Shown here one piece after another: positions 20,108-29,304 of a stretch of DNA of 46,455 nt; position 1 is the stretch's first letter; each line of letters starts with the position of its first letter. The position numbers and the translations under genes were made by a program. The stretch spans positions 5,967-52,421 of the forward strand of contig PLZO01000043.1 in NCBI GenBank assembly GCA_003152165.1. Direction: 5' to 3'. Source of the stretch: Chloroflexota bacterium. Its GTDB lineage: Bacteria; Chloroflexota; Limnocylindria; Limnocylindrales; CSP1-4. The notes beneath the pieces are model-generated. The model saw only the letters and a list, made by a program, of their open reading frames with translations, was not told where the DNA came from and searched no databases.

Positions 20108-23100
20108 CGCTCCCCGCGTCGTTGAGACCGCGATCGCGGTCCGCGCGTACACGGTCCCAGTCAAACGACTCAAGCAATCTAAGTTCCGGGCGCCCGACGA
20201 GGATCCGGACGCCGACGAGGCGCGACCCGGGGACATGCCCTGGACATGGCCCGAGACCGAGGTCGTCTTCGACACCGAGACCCGGATCGACGCGACCCAG
20301 CGCCTGACGTTTGGCTGGTACCAGATCCGCCGTAGAGGCACCCTCTTCCGCGAGGGGCCGATCAGCGCCGACGACCTGTCGGCCGAAGAAGGCGAAATCG
20401 TCGGCGGTTACGTCGCGACCCACCGAGCTGACAACGGCCGGGCGCTCCACCCGCTGGCCCGCCAGGCGTTTGCCGACTACCTCCTGTGGGGCTACGGCTG
20501 GAAGGCGCGGGCACTCCTCGTCGGCTTCAACCTGGCGTTCGATCTGTCGCGCCTGGCCATCGGGGCCCACCCGACGCGCGGCGGCGGTTACAAGCTGCGC
20601 TACTGGCGCCGGAGCCGCGACGAGGCTGACGAGCGCGCCCACAAGTTCCGGCCAGACGTCACTGTTCAAGCGATCGATGCTCGACGGCAGTTCATTCGTT
20701 TCCAGAAGCCGGAGGAGATCGATCTCCTCGATCTCCTTCCGGACGGCAAGCCGCCGCAAGGGAACTTCGTCGACCTCCACACGCTCGCGTACGCCTTCAG
20801 TGACCGGAATCTCTCGCTCGATTCGGCGTCCCGGCTGTTCGACTGCGTTCAGCGCAAGGAGACCGAGGATGTGGTCTACGGGGTCGTTGACGAGCGCCAT
20901 ATCGACTACTGCCGCCAGGACGTGCGGGTGACCGCCGAACTCCTCGACAAGCTCCGTGATGAGTACGAGCGGCACCCGATCGGCCACGTCTTGCCGGCAA
21001 CTCAGCTCGTCTCCGCGGCTTCGCTCGGGAAAGCGTACTTGCGGACGATGGGGATCACGCCGCTGGTCGAGCGGGCCGGTGACGTCGACCGTCTCCGGCT
21101 CGGCCAGGCGATGACCGCGTATCTCGGCGGCCGTGTCGAGACCGCGATCCGGCGCGTCGACCTGCCCTGCGTCTACGTCGACGCGACGAGTATGTACAGC
21201 AGCGTTTTCGCCCTCACCAAGCTCTGGCGGACGATCACCGCGGCTGAGCTTCGCGTCGAGGACGCGACCTCAGCCGCGACCGGGTACCTCGCGACGCTGA
21301 GTCGCGAGCGCTTGCTCGACCCATCCGCCTGGCCAGCGCTGGCCGGGGTGTTCTGCCGCGTCCGACCAGCCGGGCACCTCCTCCCGGTCCGGGCCCAATT
21401 CCGCGCAAGGCCCGATCGCGACGAGGCGCTCGGCGACGGCACCTACCAGATCGCGCTCACGCCGCTCGACAGTGGCGGCCAGGATCTCTGGTATGCCCTG
21501 GCCGACCTTGCCGCCTGCCGGATCCTGACCGGCGCCGCGCCCGACGTGCTCGAGGCGTTCCGGGTCGTCCCGGGCGACGAACAGGTCGCACTGTCGCCCG
21601 TCCGGCTCCGGGGCGAGCTCGAGATCGATCCCACCAGCGAGGACTTCTTCCAGCGGCTCATCGAGGCCCGCAAGCGCACCGAACGGACGACGGAGGAAGG
21701 CAAGCGCCTCGACCTCTTCCTCAAGACGATGGCCAGCGCCGCCGCCTACGGCATCTTCGCGGAGGTCCGCGAGCTGCCCGCCGTCGGGGGACGAGGCGGG
21801 ACGGTTGACGTCTGGGCCCGACGGTATTTCCGCTCGACCGGCGTCAGGCACCGTCTCGAGGAACCGGGCAAGTTCTGCTTCCCGCCCGTCGCGGCCACCG
21901 TCACGGCCTGCGCTCGCCTGCTCCTCGCCCTCCTCCAGGCCGAGGTCGAAGCCGAAGGCGGCCACTTCGTCGCGGGCGACACCGATGCGCTCATCCTGGT
22001 CGCCTCGCGTGTTGGTGGCCCAGTCCCGTGCCCGGGCGGCGACCTCCACGGCGCCGATGGTGGCGAGGCGATCCAGGCGCTGTCGTGGGCCGAGGTCGAC
22101 GCGATCCGGGAGCGCCTGAACCGGCTCAACCCGTACGACCGGAGCGCAGTCCCGGACCTGTTCAAGATCGAGGTCGAGAACTACCGGGTAATCGGGCGCG
22201 ACGGCCACGGGAAACCGATCGTCGACGAGCACGAGCGGGTCGAGCTCCACTGTGTCGCCATCAGCCCGAAGCGCTACGCCCTCTTCGAGGTTGGGCCCGC
22301 TGGCGAAACGGTCATCCGTCGGGCGTCCCAGCACGGGCTCGGCTACTTCCTGCCGCCGACCGAGCGCCCCACGTTCGACGATGCGACCGACGAGGTGAAG
22401 GCAACCTGGACCGAGCTCGTCTGGCAGCGCATCGTCGACGAGGTCCGCGGACGGACAGTTGGCCCGAGGCCCGGGTGGTTCTCGACGCTGGCCCCAAGCC
22501 GAGCCTCGATCACGAGCTGGAGGGCGCTCGACCCCTATCGCACGCTCAACTACCGGCGCCGGTACGCGCAACGGATCAAGCCTGCGAACTTCCTCCTTGT
22601 CGCCCACGACGACGCGCTTGTCGCCCTCCCGCCGGAGTACGACCGAGCCCGGTTGACGCCGATCGCGCCGTTCTCCCGGGAGCCCTCCGCGTGGCTCGGT
22701 TTGCCCTGGCGCAACCGGTTCGATGGCGCAGCGATCGAGCTCACGACGGAGCCCGGAGGTCGATCGGGCAAGATCAGGGTGAAGACCTACGGGGATGTCG
22801 TAACCGACTACCGGCTCCACCCGGACCCGAAGGCGGCGGCAGCCGACAGCGGACCCGTCCGGCGCGGCACCGTCGGGGTGGTCGGCCGACGGCCAGTTCG
22901 CGCGTCCGTAATCCGCTACATCGGCAAGGAGGCAGCGATGCTCGAAGAGGAGGAGTCCGGGCTGTTGCGACTCGGCGACGATGTCGTCGCGGAGTACGCG
23001 GATCACGGATCCGAATGGCAAGAGCTGGTCGATCAGCTGCGTCGGCTGCGGGATTCGAGCCGACTAACGGTCGGGGAGATCGCAAGAGCGGCCGGCGTGT

Positions 23101-23192
23101 CAGAGCGCACCGCGCAGTACTGGTTAAATGGCTCGACGACGACCCGCGATCCGCGCGTACAAGAGCGGCTGGTCGAGCTCGTTCGACGATAA
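20016..23192 (+). CDS. polB: Family B DNA polymerase with C-terminal HTH (probable start GTG 20082)
   Basis: Exo I FDTET, Exo II GFNLAFD, Exo III YCRQDV, Pol A YVDATSMYSS, Pol B KTMASAAAYG, Pol C GDTD, and a terminal HTH (GEIARAAGVSERTAQYW). Confidence 0.92.
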   Translation: MPITSANSRRTFVPPSVIDTSRVAQKHRSSSAPRVVETAIAVRAYTVPVKRLKQSKFRAPDEDPDADEARPGDMPWTWPETEVVFDTETRIDATQRLTFGWYQIRRRGTLFREGPISADDLSAEEGEIVGGYVATHRADNGRALHPLARQAFADYLLWGYGWKARALLVGFNLAFDLSRLAIGAHPTRGGGYKLRYWRRSRDEADERAHKFRPDVTVQAIDARRQFIRFQKPEEIDLLDLLPDGKPPQGNFVDLHTLAYAFSDRNLSLDSASRLFDCVQRKETEDVVYGVVDERHIDYCRQDVRVTAELLDKLRDEYERHPIGHVLPATQLVSAASLGKAYLRTMGITPLVERAGDVDRLRLGQAMTAYLGGRVETAIRRVDLPCVYVDATSMYSSVFALTKLWRTITAAELRVEDATSAATGYLATLSRERLLDPSAWPALAGVFCRVRPAGHLLPVRAQFRARPDRDEALGDGTYQIALTPLDSGGQDLWYALADLAACRILTGAAPDVLEAFRVVPGDEQVALSPVRLRGELEIDPTSEDFFQRLIEARKRTERTTEEGKRLDLFLKTMASAAAYGIFAEVRELPAVGGRGGTVDVWARRYFRSTGVRHRLEEPGKFCFPPVAATVTACARLLLALLQAEVEAEGGHFVAGDTDALILVASRVGGPVPCPGGDLHGADGGEAIQALSWAEVDAIRERLNRLNPYDRSAVPDLFKIEVENYRVIGRDGHGKPIVDEHERVELHCVAISPKRYALFEVGPAGETVIRRASQHGLGYFLPPTERPTFDDATDEVKATWTELVWQRIVDEVRGRTVGPRPGWFSTLAPSRASITSWRALDPYRTLNYRRRYAQRIKPANFLLVAHDDALVALPPEYDRARLTPIAPFSREPSAWLGLPWRNRFDGAAIELTTEPGGRSGKIRVKTYGDVVTDYRLHPDPKAAAADSGPVRRGTVGVVGRRPVRASVIRYIGKEAAMLEEEESGLLRLGDDVVAEYADHGSEWQELVDQLRRLRDSSRLTVGEIARAAGVSERTAQYWLNGSTTTRDPRVQERLVELVRR

Positions 23193-23195
23193 CTT

Positions 23196-24580
23196 GGGTT
23201 CACCCCCACGCGCGTGGGGACGACCCTCGAAATGCGGATGAGGTATCCCCCGTTGTGCGGTTCACCCCCACGCGCGTGGGGACGACGGACGCGCTCCAGC
23301 AGCAAGCCGGGCCCAACCGCGGTTCACCACCACTGGCGTGGGGACGACGATCGCGTCGGCCGAACGACACCTTCGCCCGGTTCACCCCCACGCGCGTGGG
23401 GACGACTTGTTGCCGCCGGGGCGAGCGAACCCTTCGCCCGGTTCACCCCCACGCGCGTGGGGACGACTTGTCGAACGTGACGTGCGTTATCTGAGTGTAC
23501 GGTTCACCCCCACGCGAGTGGGGACGACTCCAACGCTGAACGGCGCGACGCTCGACACCGACGGTTCACCCCCACACGCGTGGGGACGACGGCTCCAACA
23601 GCAGGCCGGCCCGAATCACTTCCTCGGTTCACCCCCACGCGCGTGGGGACGACGCGCGTTGGTCACGGCATCGATCGCGCTCTGGAGCGGTTCACCCCCA
23701 CGCGCGTGGGGACGACTGTCGAGGTGGCCGTCGGCCCAGGCGCCGAGAGCGGTTCACCCCCACGCGCGTGGGGACGACGCCCGCTCCAGCCAGAACGTCG
23801 GGTCCGGTTCACCCCCACGCGCGTGGGGACGACTGCCCTTGACAATACCTCTTCTCGACTATTCCACGGTTCACCCCCACGCGCGTGGGGACGACTGCTC
23901 GTCGGAGTCGATCGTCCCGTCGGTGACCGGCTCACCCCCACGCGCGTGGGGACGACGGCCCCGGCCCACGACCGGCCCGACTTGCGCTGACGGTTTCACC
24001 CCCACGTGCGTGGGGACGACCTGGGCCTGGCCTTCTTCGCGGCGGCGTTTATCGGTTCACCCCCACGCGCGTGGGGACGTCTGCTCGATGGCGGTGCCGT
24101 GACGTTCGTCTGCAACGGTTCACCCCCACGCGCGCGGGGACGACGGAGGCGATGCTCGCCGAGGAGCACATGATCATCGGTTCACCCCCACGCGCGTGGG
24201 GACGACTGGCCGAGGGCACCAGCAGCCTGACTGCCTTGCTCGATTCACCCCCACGCGCGTGGGGACGACGAGTTGGGTGAACTTCGTCTCGGGCTGGGTG
24301 ATCGGTTCACCCCCACGCGCGTGGGGACGACGAGGACGGGTCGACGGTCGCGGCCCAGTACCGCGGTTCACCCCCACGCGCGTGGGGACGACTGCGTCGG
24401 GTGCTTCGCCGCATGGCCCGGTGAACGGTTCACCCCCACGCGCGTGGGGACGACGCCCTCGGTCGCGGCTGGCTGGTCCCCGGGTTCATCGGTTCACCCC
24501 CACGCGCGTGGGGACGGCTCTGCTTGCGGACGTGCGTCGCGTACAGCTCGGCGGTTCACCCCCACGCGCGTGGGGACGAC
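23196..24580 (-). CRISPR. Type I-E CRISPR array, 23 repeats and 22 spacers
   Basis: 29-bp repeat CGGTTCACCCCCACGCGCGTGGGGACGAC on + (GTCGTCCCCACGCGCGTGGGGGTGAACCG on -, with the I-E type hairpin and AACCG end). Spacers 26-35 bp. Confidence 0.98.
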
Positions 24581-24614
24581 ACTAGGATTATTAGGCCCCA
24601 ATCGCGCGTCCCGA
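24581..24614 (-). promoter_or_regulatory. Very short putative CRISPR leader
   Basis: Only 34 bp separate the cas6e stop from the first repeat; the AT-richer CCTAATAATCCTAGT adjoins the repeat on the - strand. Confidence 0.45.
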
Positions 24615-25316
24615 TCACGGCGGCCCGACCGTGAGCAGACCGTGGCCGTAGGCCTTGCCGCTCCCGAACCCGGCCGTGATCGCCGCCCTCAGACGGTCGG
24701 CGTCGAGGACCGTCAGCACGCCTTCGAACGCAACCGAGCGTAGCGTCAGGCGCGTACGTGGTTGGTCGCCGGCGCGACGGGTGCCATGGCCGTCCCCGAG
24801 TCGTCGGACGACGACGGAGGAGGCGGCCTCGACCGGCCCGGCACCGACGCTGAAGCCCGCCTCCACTCCCTTCCGGACGAGCCACTCGAGGACATCGGCA
24901 TCGTCGTGGAGCGGGACGCGTCGGCCGTGTCGCCGGGCACCATCCGGGCCCGACTTCGTGTCGACCTTCCGAGTCGGATTGGCGACCAGGCGGAACCGCA
25001 GTCGGCGGCCCGGCTCGATCCGGGCAAGGAGCGTGCTGACCTCCCGGAACTCGGGTGGCTCGCCGACCGGGTAGATGTCCGGCAGCCGAGCCCAGTCGGG
25101 CCGGGTCGTGGACTGGACCAGGAGTGATGGTCCAGCCCCGAGCCGACCCTCGTCGAGGCGCCACAGGACCCCGTGGCTGGCCCGTGGTTCGGCTCCGCTG
25201 TCGGCGGGGAACGCCCGCATGACGAGCCGATGGATCTCCCCGAGGTCGGCGATCGCGGTCCGACCACCCGGACGCCGAGCGTCGATCCATAGGCGGGAGA
25301 GGTAGAGCTCAGCCAT
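24615..25316 (-). CDS. cas6e: Cas6e (CasE/Cse3) crRNA endoribonuclease
   Basis: LYLSRL, HRLVMRAF, VLWRLD, FRLVANPT and the C-terminal GFGSGKAYGHGLL glycine loop. Confidence 0.95.
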   Translation of the reverse strand: MAELYLSRLWIDARRPGGRTAIADLGEIHRLVMRAFPADSGAEPRASHGVLWRLDEGRLGAGPSLLVQSTTRPDWARLPDIYPVGEPPEFREVSTLLARIEPGRRLRFRLVANPTRKVDTKSGPDGARRHGRRVPLHDDADVLEWLVRKGVEAGFSVGAGPVEAASSVVVRRLGDGHGTRRAGDQPRTRLTLRSVAFEGVLTVLDADRLRAAITAGFGSGKAYGHGLLTVGPP

Positions 25317-26037
25317 CGTTGGCACCCCCGGATTCGACCAGCACGAGGTCGGCAGGCACGATCATCACGTGGCGGATGCCGCGGGGCAGGAACTCGCGGA
25401 CGGCGAACGCGGCACCCGGGGCGGGCTGATCCGCGATGATCAGCTCGGCCTCGTGCATCGGGCATTCGAGGGCAAGGCGGAGCGGATCGGTCGGCCGGCG
25501 GTCGCGTCCACGAACGACGAACGGCGCGGCCCGGAGCGCTGACTCGAGTCCCGCCTCGCGTAGTGGCGGTCCCAGAGGGGCGCGATCCGGGAGGGCGATC
25601 GGCTCGGCTGGCGGGAACGCCCGCCGGCCGAGGAACAGCGGGAAGCGCGGGGTCCTGAGCGCAGCGAGGATCTGGGCGAGCATGCCGGCATCGCCTTCGA
25701 ACCCGGCGGTGAAGACCGCGTCCGCGAGGTAGGCCCGACGGGACACGATCGGGTCGGAGCTGACTCGAGCCGGCCCGCCGTCGCGGCCGGGGGCGTGGGC
25801 GACGTCAAGGACGGTATGGAAGTCGACCTCAAGACGCCCCGGCCGATCGACTCGCACACCGAACCGGAGGGCGGCAAGGTCGTCGACCGCATCCTCGCGG
25901 CCTCGTCCGAGCGCCGCTGCGACCAGACCGATCACCCCGGACTTCGTCGGTTCCGGCATCGAGTCCCGATCGCCGAAGCGGCTCGCAACGCCCCAGCTCT
26001 GCTGAGGCCCGGCGAGTCGGAGGAGCAGCGTGGTCAT
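25309..26037 (-). CDS. cas5e: Cas5e (CasD)
   Basis: LLLRLAGPQQSWG, PTKSGVIGLVAAALG, RAYLADA and LFLGRRAFPP. Confidence 0.95.
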   Translation of the reverse strand: MTTLLLRLAGPQQSWGVASRFGDRDSMPEPTKSGVIGLVAAALGRGREDAVDDLAALRFGVRVDRPGRLEVDFHTVLDVAHAPGRDGGPARVSSDPIVSRRAYLADAVFTAGFEGDAGMLAQILAALRTPRFPLFLGRRAFPPAEPIALPDRAPLGPPLREAGLESALRAAPFVVRGRDRRPTDPLRLALECPMHEAELIIADQPAPGAAFAVREFLPRGIRHVMIVPADLVLVESGGANDG

Positions 26038-27119
26038 GCCGCGGCCGCGACCGACGCGACCAGCGCGTCGAGGGTCGGGACGCGGTTGGCCTCGAGCGAT
26101 CCGAGCTCGATCTCCCCCAGGGCGACGGCGGCGGTCGTCCGGACGTCTGCATCGCCGTACATCGCGGCCACCGAGTCACGGTAGGCGACCAGGGCGTCGA
26201 CGGACGCCCGGACGAGGTCACGTTGCTCGGTCTGACGGACGGGGGCGACGAAGGCGTTGGCCAGCGAGACGGGTGCACCGTCGCGAACGACGGCTAGTAC
26301 GAACGACGGCGGGTTATGGGCGGCGAACGCGTGCTGTTTGCCCGTCGGGAGCGCTAGGACGGCCGCCCGGATGATCGCAGGCAGGGCAGTCTTGAGGCGC
26401 TCGGCGCCTACCCGCTGCTCGAGCTCACCGAGGTCGATGGCCAGGTATCGGTAGAACGTGGCGCTGTTGAACCCGGTCGACTCGATCATCGCGGCGCCCG
26501 TCTCTTCGGCTCGAGCGAGCTCGTCGAGGGCCGTGAAGTAGTCGAACTCCGCCGCGAGGCGGTGGGTGCTGATTGCGTGGGCGACCGAGCAGGCGCCGTC
26601 GACCCCGACCTCGGGCAGGTCGGCGACCATCCGCCCGAAGAGGGCGAGATCGACCGCGCTCGAGCGGAGGGCAGCACGGGCGGGGCCGCGCATGGCCCCG
26701 AGGTCAGGCTTCGCCGCGGTCAGCGCGTCCCAGTGTTCCCGGGCTAGGGCGGCAAGGGCGTCGGCCTCATCGTCGCCGAGCAGGATCAGGTACTTCGTCT
26801 CGGCGTCGCCTTTCTTCGTATCGCCGACGACGATCCCGGCCGCCTCGAACAGCCGGCTAGCGGCGACGAGGCTCTCGGTGCGCGGGTGCTCCGCGAGCCG
26901 GTCGGCGACGAGCTCCGACACCCGCTTCGTGCGGGTCGAGAGCTCCCCCGGTGGGAGAGCATCCCGAAGGGCCAGGCGCATCGCCCGCTTGAGCGCCTGC
27001 GAGCTGATCCGGGCGCGACGGACGCCCCCGAACATTGCGTCCTTCGGGTTGCCGGTGTCGTCGCGGTTCAGGTTCGCCGGGGCGACATTCTGGAGAATGT
27101 GAAGCTCGAGGAAAGCCAT
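26034..27119 (-). CDS. cas7e: Cas7e (CasC/Cse4)
   Basis: LELHILQ...NLNRDDTGNPK...RARISSQALKRAMR, DLALFGRM, VAHAISTH and DYFTALD. Start ATG 27119 follows AAGGA. Confidence 0.95.
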   Translation of the reverse strand: MAFLELHILQNVAPANLNRDDTGNPKDAMFGGVRRARISSQALKRAMRLALRDALPPGELSTRTKRVSELVADRLAEHPRTESLVAASRLFEAAGIVVGDTKKGDAETKYLILLGDDEADALAALAREHWDALTAAKPDLGAMRGPARAALRSSAVDLALFGRMVADLPEVGVDGACSVAHAISTHRLAAEFDYFTALDELARAEETGAAMIESTGFNSATFYRYLAIDLGELEQRVGAERLKTALPAIIRAAVLALPTGKQHAFAAHNPPSFVLAVVRDGAPVSLANAFVAPVRQTEQRDLVRASVDALVAYRDSVAAMYGDADVRTTAAVALGEIELGSLEANRVPTLDALVASVAAAA

Positions 27120-27157
27120 TGATCGTCGTCCTTCCTTCAGAACAGGGATCGCCGTCG

Positions 27158-27682
27158 TCAGTCGACGTCGGGGAGATTCGCCTGGTCGTCGGTCACCACG
27201 CCCGCAGCCGCGCGGTAGGCGACCGCCCATCGGCGCTGGACGGGCGTGCCGTCGAGCGACCAGCGGCCCAGATCGGCCGCCAAGAGACCCCAGTCGGCCA
27301 GCTTCGCGGCATCGCCGAGCACGTCGACGAGGGCCGCCAGCCGTGTGGGCACGTCCTCGCGTTCCGCTTCGACCACGGCGAGGAAGCGCCGCTCGATCCC
27401 GGGCCGGGTCGCGGGCTCGCGGCTGCGCTCCCCGGCAAGGCGGGGGACTGGGACCCCGGCCCCCGGTTTCGGCGCGGCGCCGACCCGGGCGACGAGAGCC
27501 GCCACATCGAGCCAGTCGCGCTCGTCCCAGCGGGTCATCTCGGGCGGGAGCAGGCGTCCGAGCGGCCCGAGAAGGGCCGACGCGTCTCCCGCACGCAGCG
27601 TCCGGCGGACCTCGCCGAGCGTGCCAGGGTCGGCTGCCAGGCGAGCGAAGACCGCCGCGGCGTGGCCCGGGTTGACCATCAC
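27158..27682 (-). CDS. cse2: Cas11e (CasB/Cse2) small subunit
   Basis: Lies between cas8e and cas7; ERRFLAVV, DWGLLAADLGRW and VQRRWA motifs. Confidence 0.85.
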   Translation of the reverse strand: MMVNPGHAAAVFARLAADPGTLGEVRRTLRAGDASALLGPLGRLLPPEMTRWDERDWLDVAALVARVGAAPKPGAGVPVPRLAGERSREPATRPGIERRFLAVVEAEREDVPTRLAALVDVLGDAAKLADWGLLAADLGRWSLDGTPVQRRWAVAYRAAAGVVTDDQANLPDVD

Positions 27683-27690
27683 ATCCCTCC

Positions 27691-29304
27691 TTAAGCGACA
27701 GCGTCGAGGTAGCGTCTGAGCGCCTGTCGAAAGATCGTCTCCCCCGCGGCGAGTGCGAATGGCTGGGCCGGGAAGGCGGTGAGCGCATCCTCAAAGGCGT
27801 CGCCGGCCGCCCGATCGACGGTCGCGCGCCACCGTCCGAGGATCTCGGCATACCCGGGCGCGACCGCGGCGAGATCGAGAAGTAGTCGGCGGAAGGAGCC
27901 ATCGAGCGCCGACCAGTAGCCACTCGCGCCGCCGAAATGCTCGATCGCCTCCCGCACGCCTGCGCGCACCCGCACCCCGGCAGGCGTGCGCGGTCCCATC
28001 TCGGGCAGGGACGCCGCCTCGGGTTCGAGAAGCTTGTTCAGGGCGCCTGAGCGGAGGAGCGCACGTTCCCCGGCTTCGGCCATCGCGATCGCGATGGCGA
28101 CCACGTCGCGCCGGTTGGCTTCGGCATCGAGGAGAGCGGCGACCGGCGGCGCGAGCATCTCGCGGCGCGTTCCGTGGACCTTGTTCTGGCCGGGTTCGGT
28201 TGCCTGTCCAAGCACCGTCACCGGAAGGACGCCGGCCGCATCCGCGTAGCCGAGTTCGGCGAGGCGGGCGTGGAAGCTCAGGATCCCGGGCCGACGGACC
28301 CGCCCGGCATCGGTCGATGTCCCACCAAGGAGCGCGAGGCTGTCGCGCCAGGCCATCCGGTCACGGCCGAGCTCGACCCGCAGCCACGGGCTCTCGCCCT
28401 CCTTCGGTTTCGCACGCGCACGCAGGGCGACGAACGGGTCCGGCAGGTCTTCGGGGAGCGCAACGCAGGTCTCCCCGTCGAACTCGACCAGCCCGGCCAC
28501 CCACACCACGCCGTGTTCCACGACGGGGACGAACTCGACGGCGCGGCTTCGCCAGGTGAGCAGGTCGAGCAGCCCGTCGGGGTGCCGAGCGCCGGGTCCG
28601 GTCAGCGGCTCGCGCTCCCAGGCCGGTCGGTCACCTGCAGTCGTACCAGCGGGCAGCCCAGCCGCCGGATCGTAGGCCTCCAGGTTCGCGATGAGCGTCG
28701 CGTAGAGGGTCGGTGCGGCGACCATGATAATGGCGTAGCGGGCAGCCGGCGCATCCTTCGCGGCGCGGAACGGGCCGCCGGGCCACTGCGCCTGGGCGCG
28801 CGCCAGGGCAAACGTCTGCCAGGCGACCAAGGCGCGCGCAGCCTCGGCTGGAGATGCCCCGCTGGCTGGCAACCGGTGCTCGAAGAAGACGGGCTTGTCC
28901 GCCCCCGGCCGTTCGGGCACGAGCCTCGCCAAGGACGCGAGCTCCTTCGCCCGCTCGGCCAGCCCAGTAACCTGCCCGAAGGGCCGGGTCGCGTGGAACA
29001 GGTCGAGTCGGTCGTCGACCGCGTCGAGGTAGCGCACGACCGCATCGGGCTCGAACCGGCCCGCATCGCGCAGCGTGGCCCACGCCGCTTCGTCGGTCGG
29101 GCCGCCAACGATCCGGTGACCGAAGGCGACGAGGTAGCGCATCAGGGCGGCGACCACCAAGGGCGAGGAATCGACGACAACGCGCAGTTCGTGCGCCGAG
29201 AGGAAGACCTCGCGAAGGCCGGCCATCCGCGGGCGCCCGGCAAGGTCGGTAACCGCGATCCAGGGTTCGGTGCGAAGGTCGTAGCGCGGACGTTGCGACA
29301 TCAC
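27691..29304 (-). CDS. cas8e: Cas8e (CasA/Cse1) large subunit
   Basis: YDLRTEPWIAV, LDLFHATRPFGQ, SPAEAARALV and LLTWRSR. Confidence 0.92.
   Translation of the reverse strand: MMSQRPRYDLRTEPWIAVTDLAGRPRMAGLREVFLSAHELRVVVDSSPLVVAALMRYLVAFGHRIVGGPTDEAAWATLRDAGRFEPDAVVRYLDAVDDRLDLFHATRPFGQVTGLAERAKELASLARLVPERPGADKPVFFEHRLPASGASPAEAARALVAWQTFALARAQAQWPGGPFRAAKDAPAARYAIIMVAAPTLYATLIANLEAYDPAAGLPAGTTAGDRPAWEREPLTGPGARHPDGLLDLLTWRSRAVEFVPVVEHGVVWVAGLVEFDGETCVALPEDLPDPFVALRARAKPKEGESPWLRVELGRDRMAWRDSLALLGGTSTDAGRVRRPGILSFHARLAELGYADAAGVLPVTVLGQATEPGQNKVHGTRREMLAPPVAALLDAEANRRDVVAIAIAMAEAGERALLRSGALNKLLEPEAASLPEMGPRTPAGVRVRAGVREAIEHFGGASGYWSALDGSFRRLLLDLAAVAPGYAEILGRWRATVDRAAGDAFEDALTAFPAQPFALAAGETIFRQALRRYLDAVA

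Noticed and set aside
24145-24177. Spacer resembling polB around 22927-22952 (GCGATGCTCG..GAGGAG)
   Set aside because: Only 16/18 over part of the spacer and needs a gap to extend; plausible by chance in GC-rich DNA. I found no convincing self-targeting spacer by eye.
22028-24743. Long ORFs running through the CRISPR array
   Set aside because: Artefacts of a stop-poor repeat; they translate the repeats and spacers.
26034-27923. 629-aa Cas7 ORF and 987-aa P-ATPase ORF (42113-45076) as novel fusions
   Set aside because: The N-terminal extensions overlap real genes (cse2, GNAT) in other frames; RBS-supported starts are 27119 and 44485.
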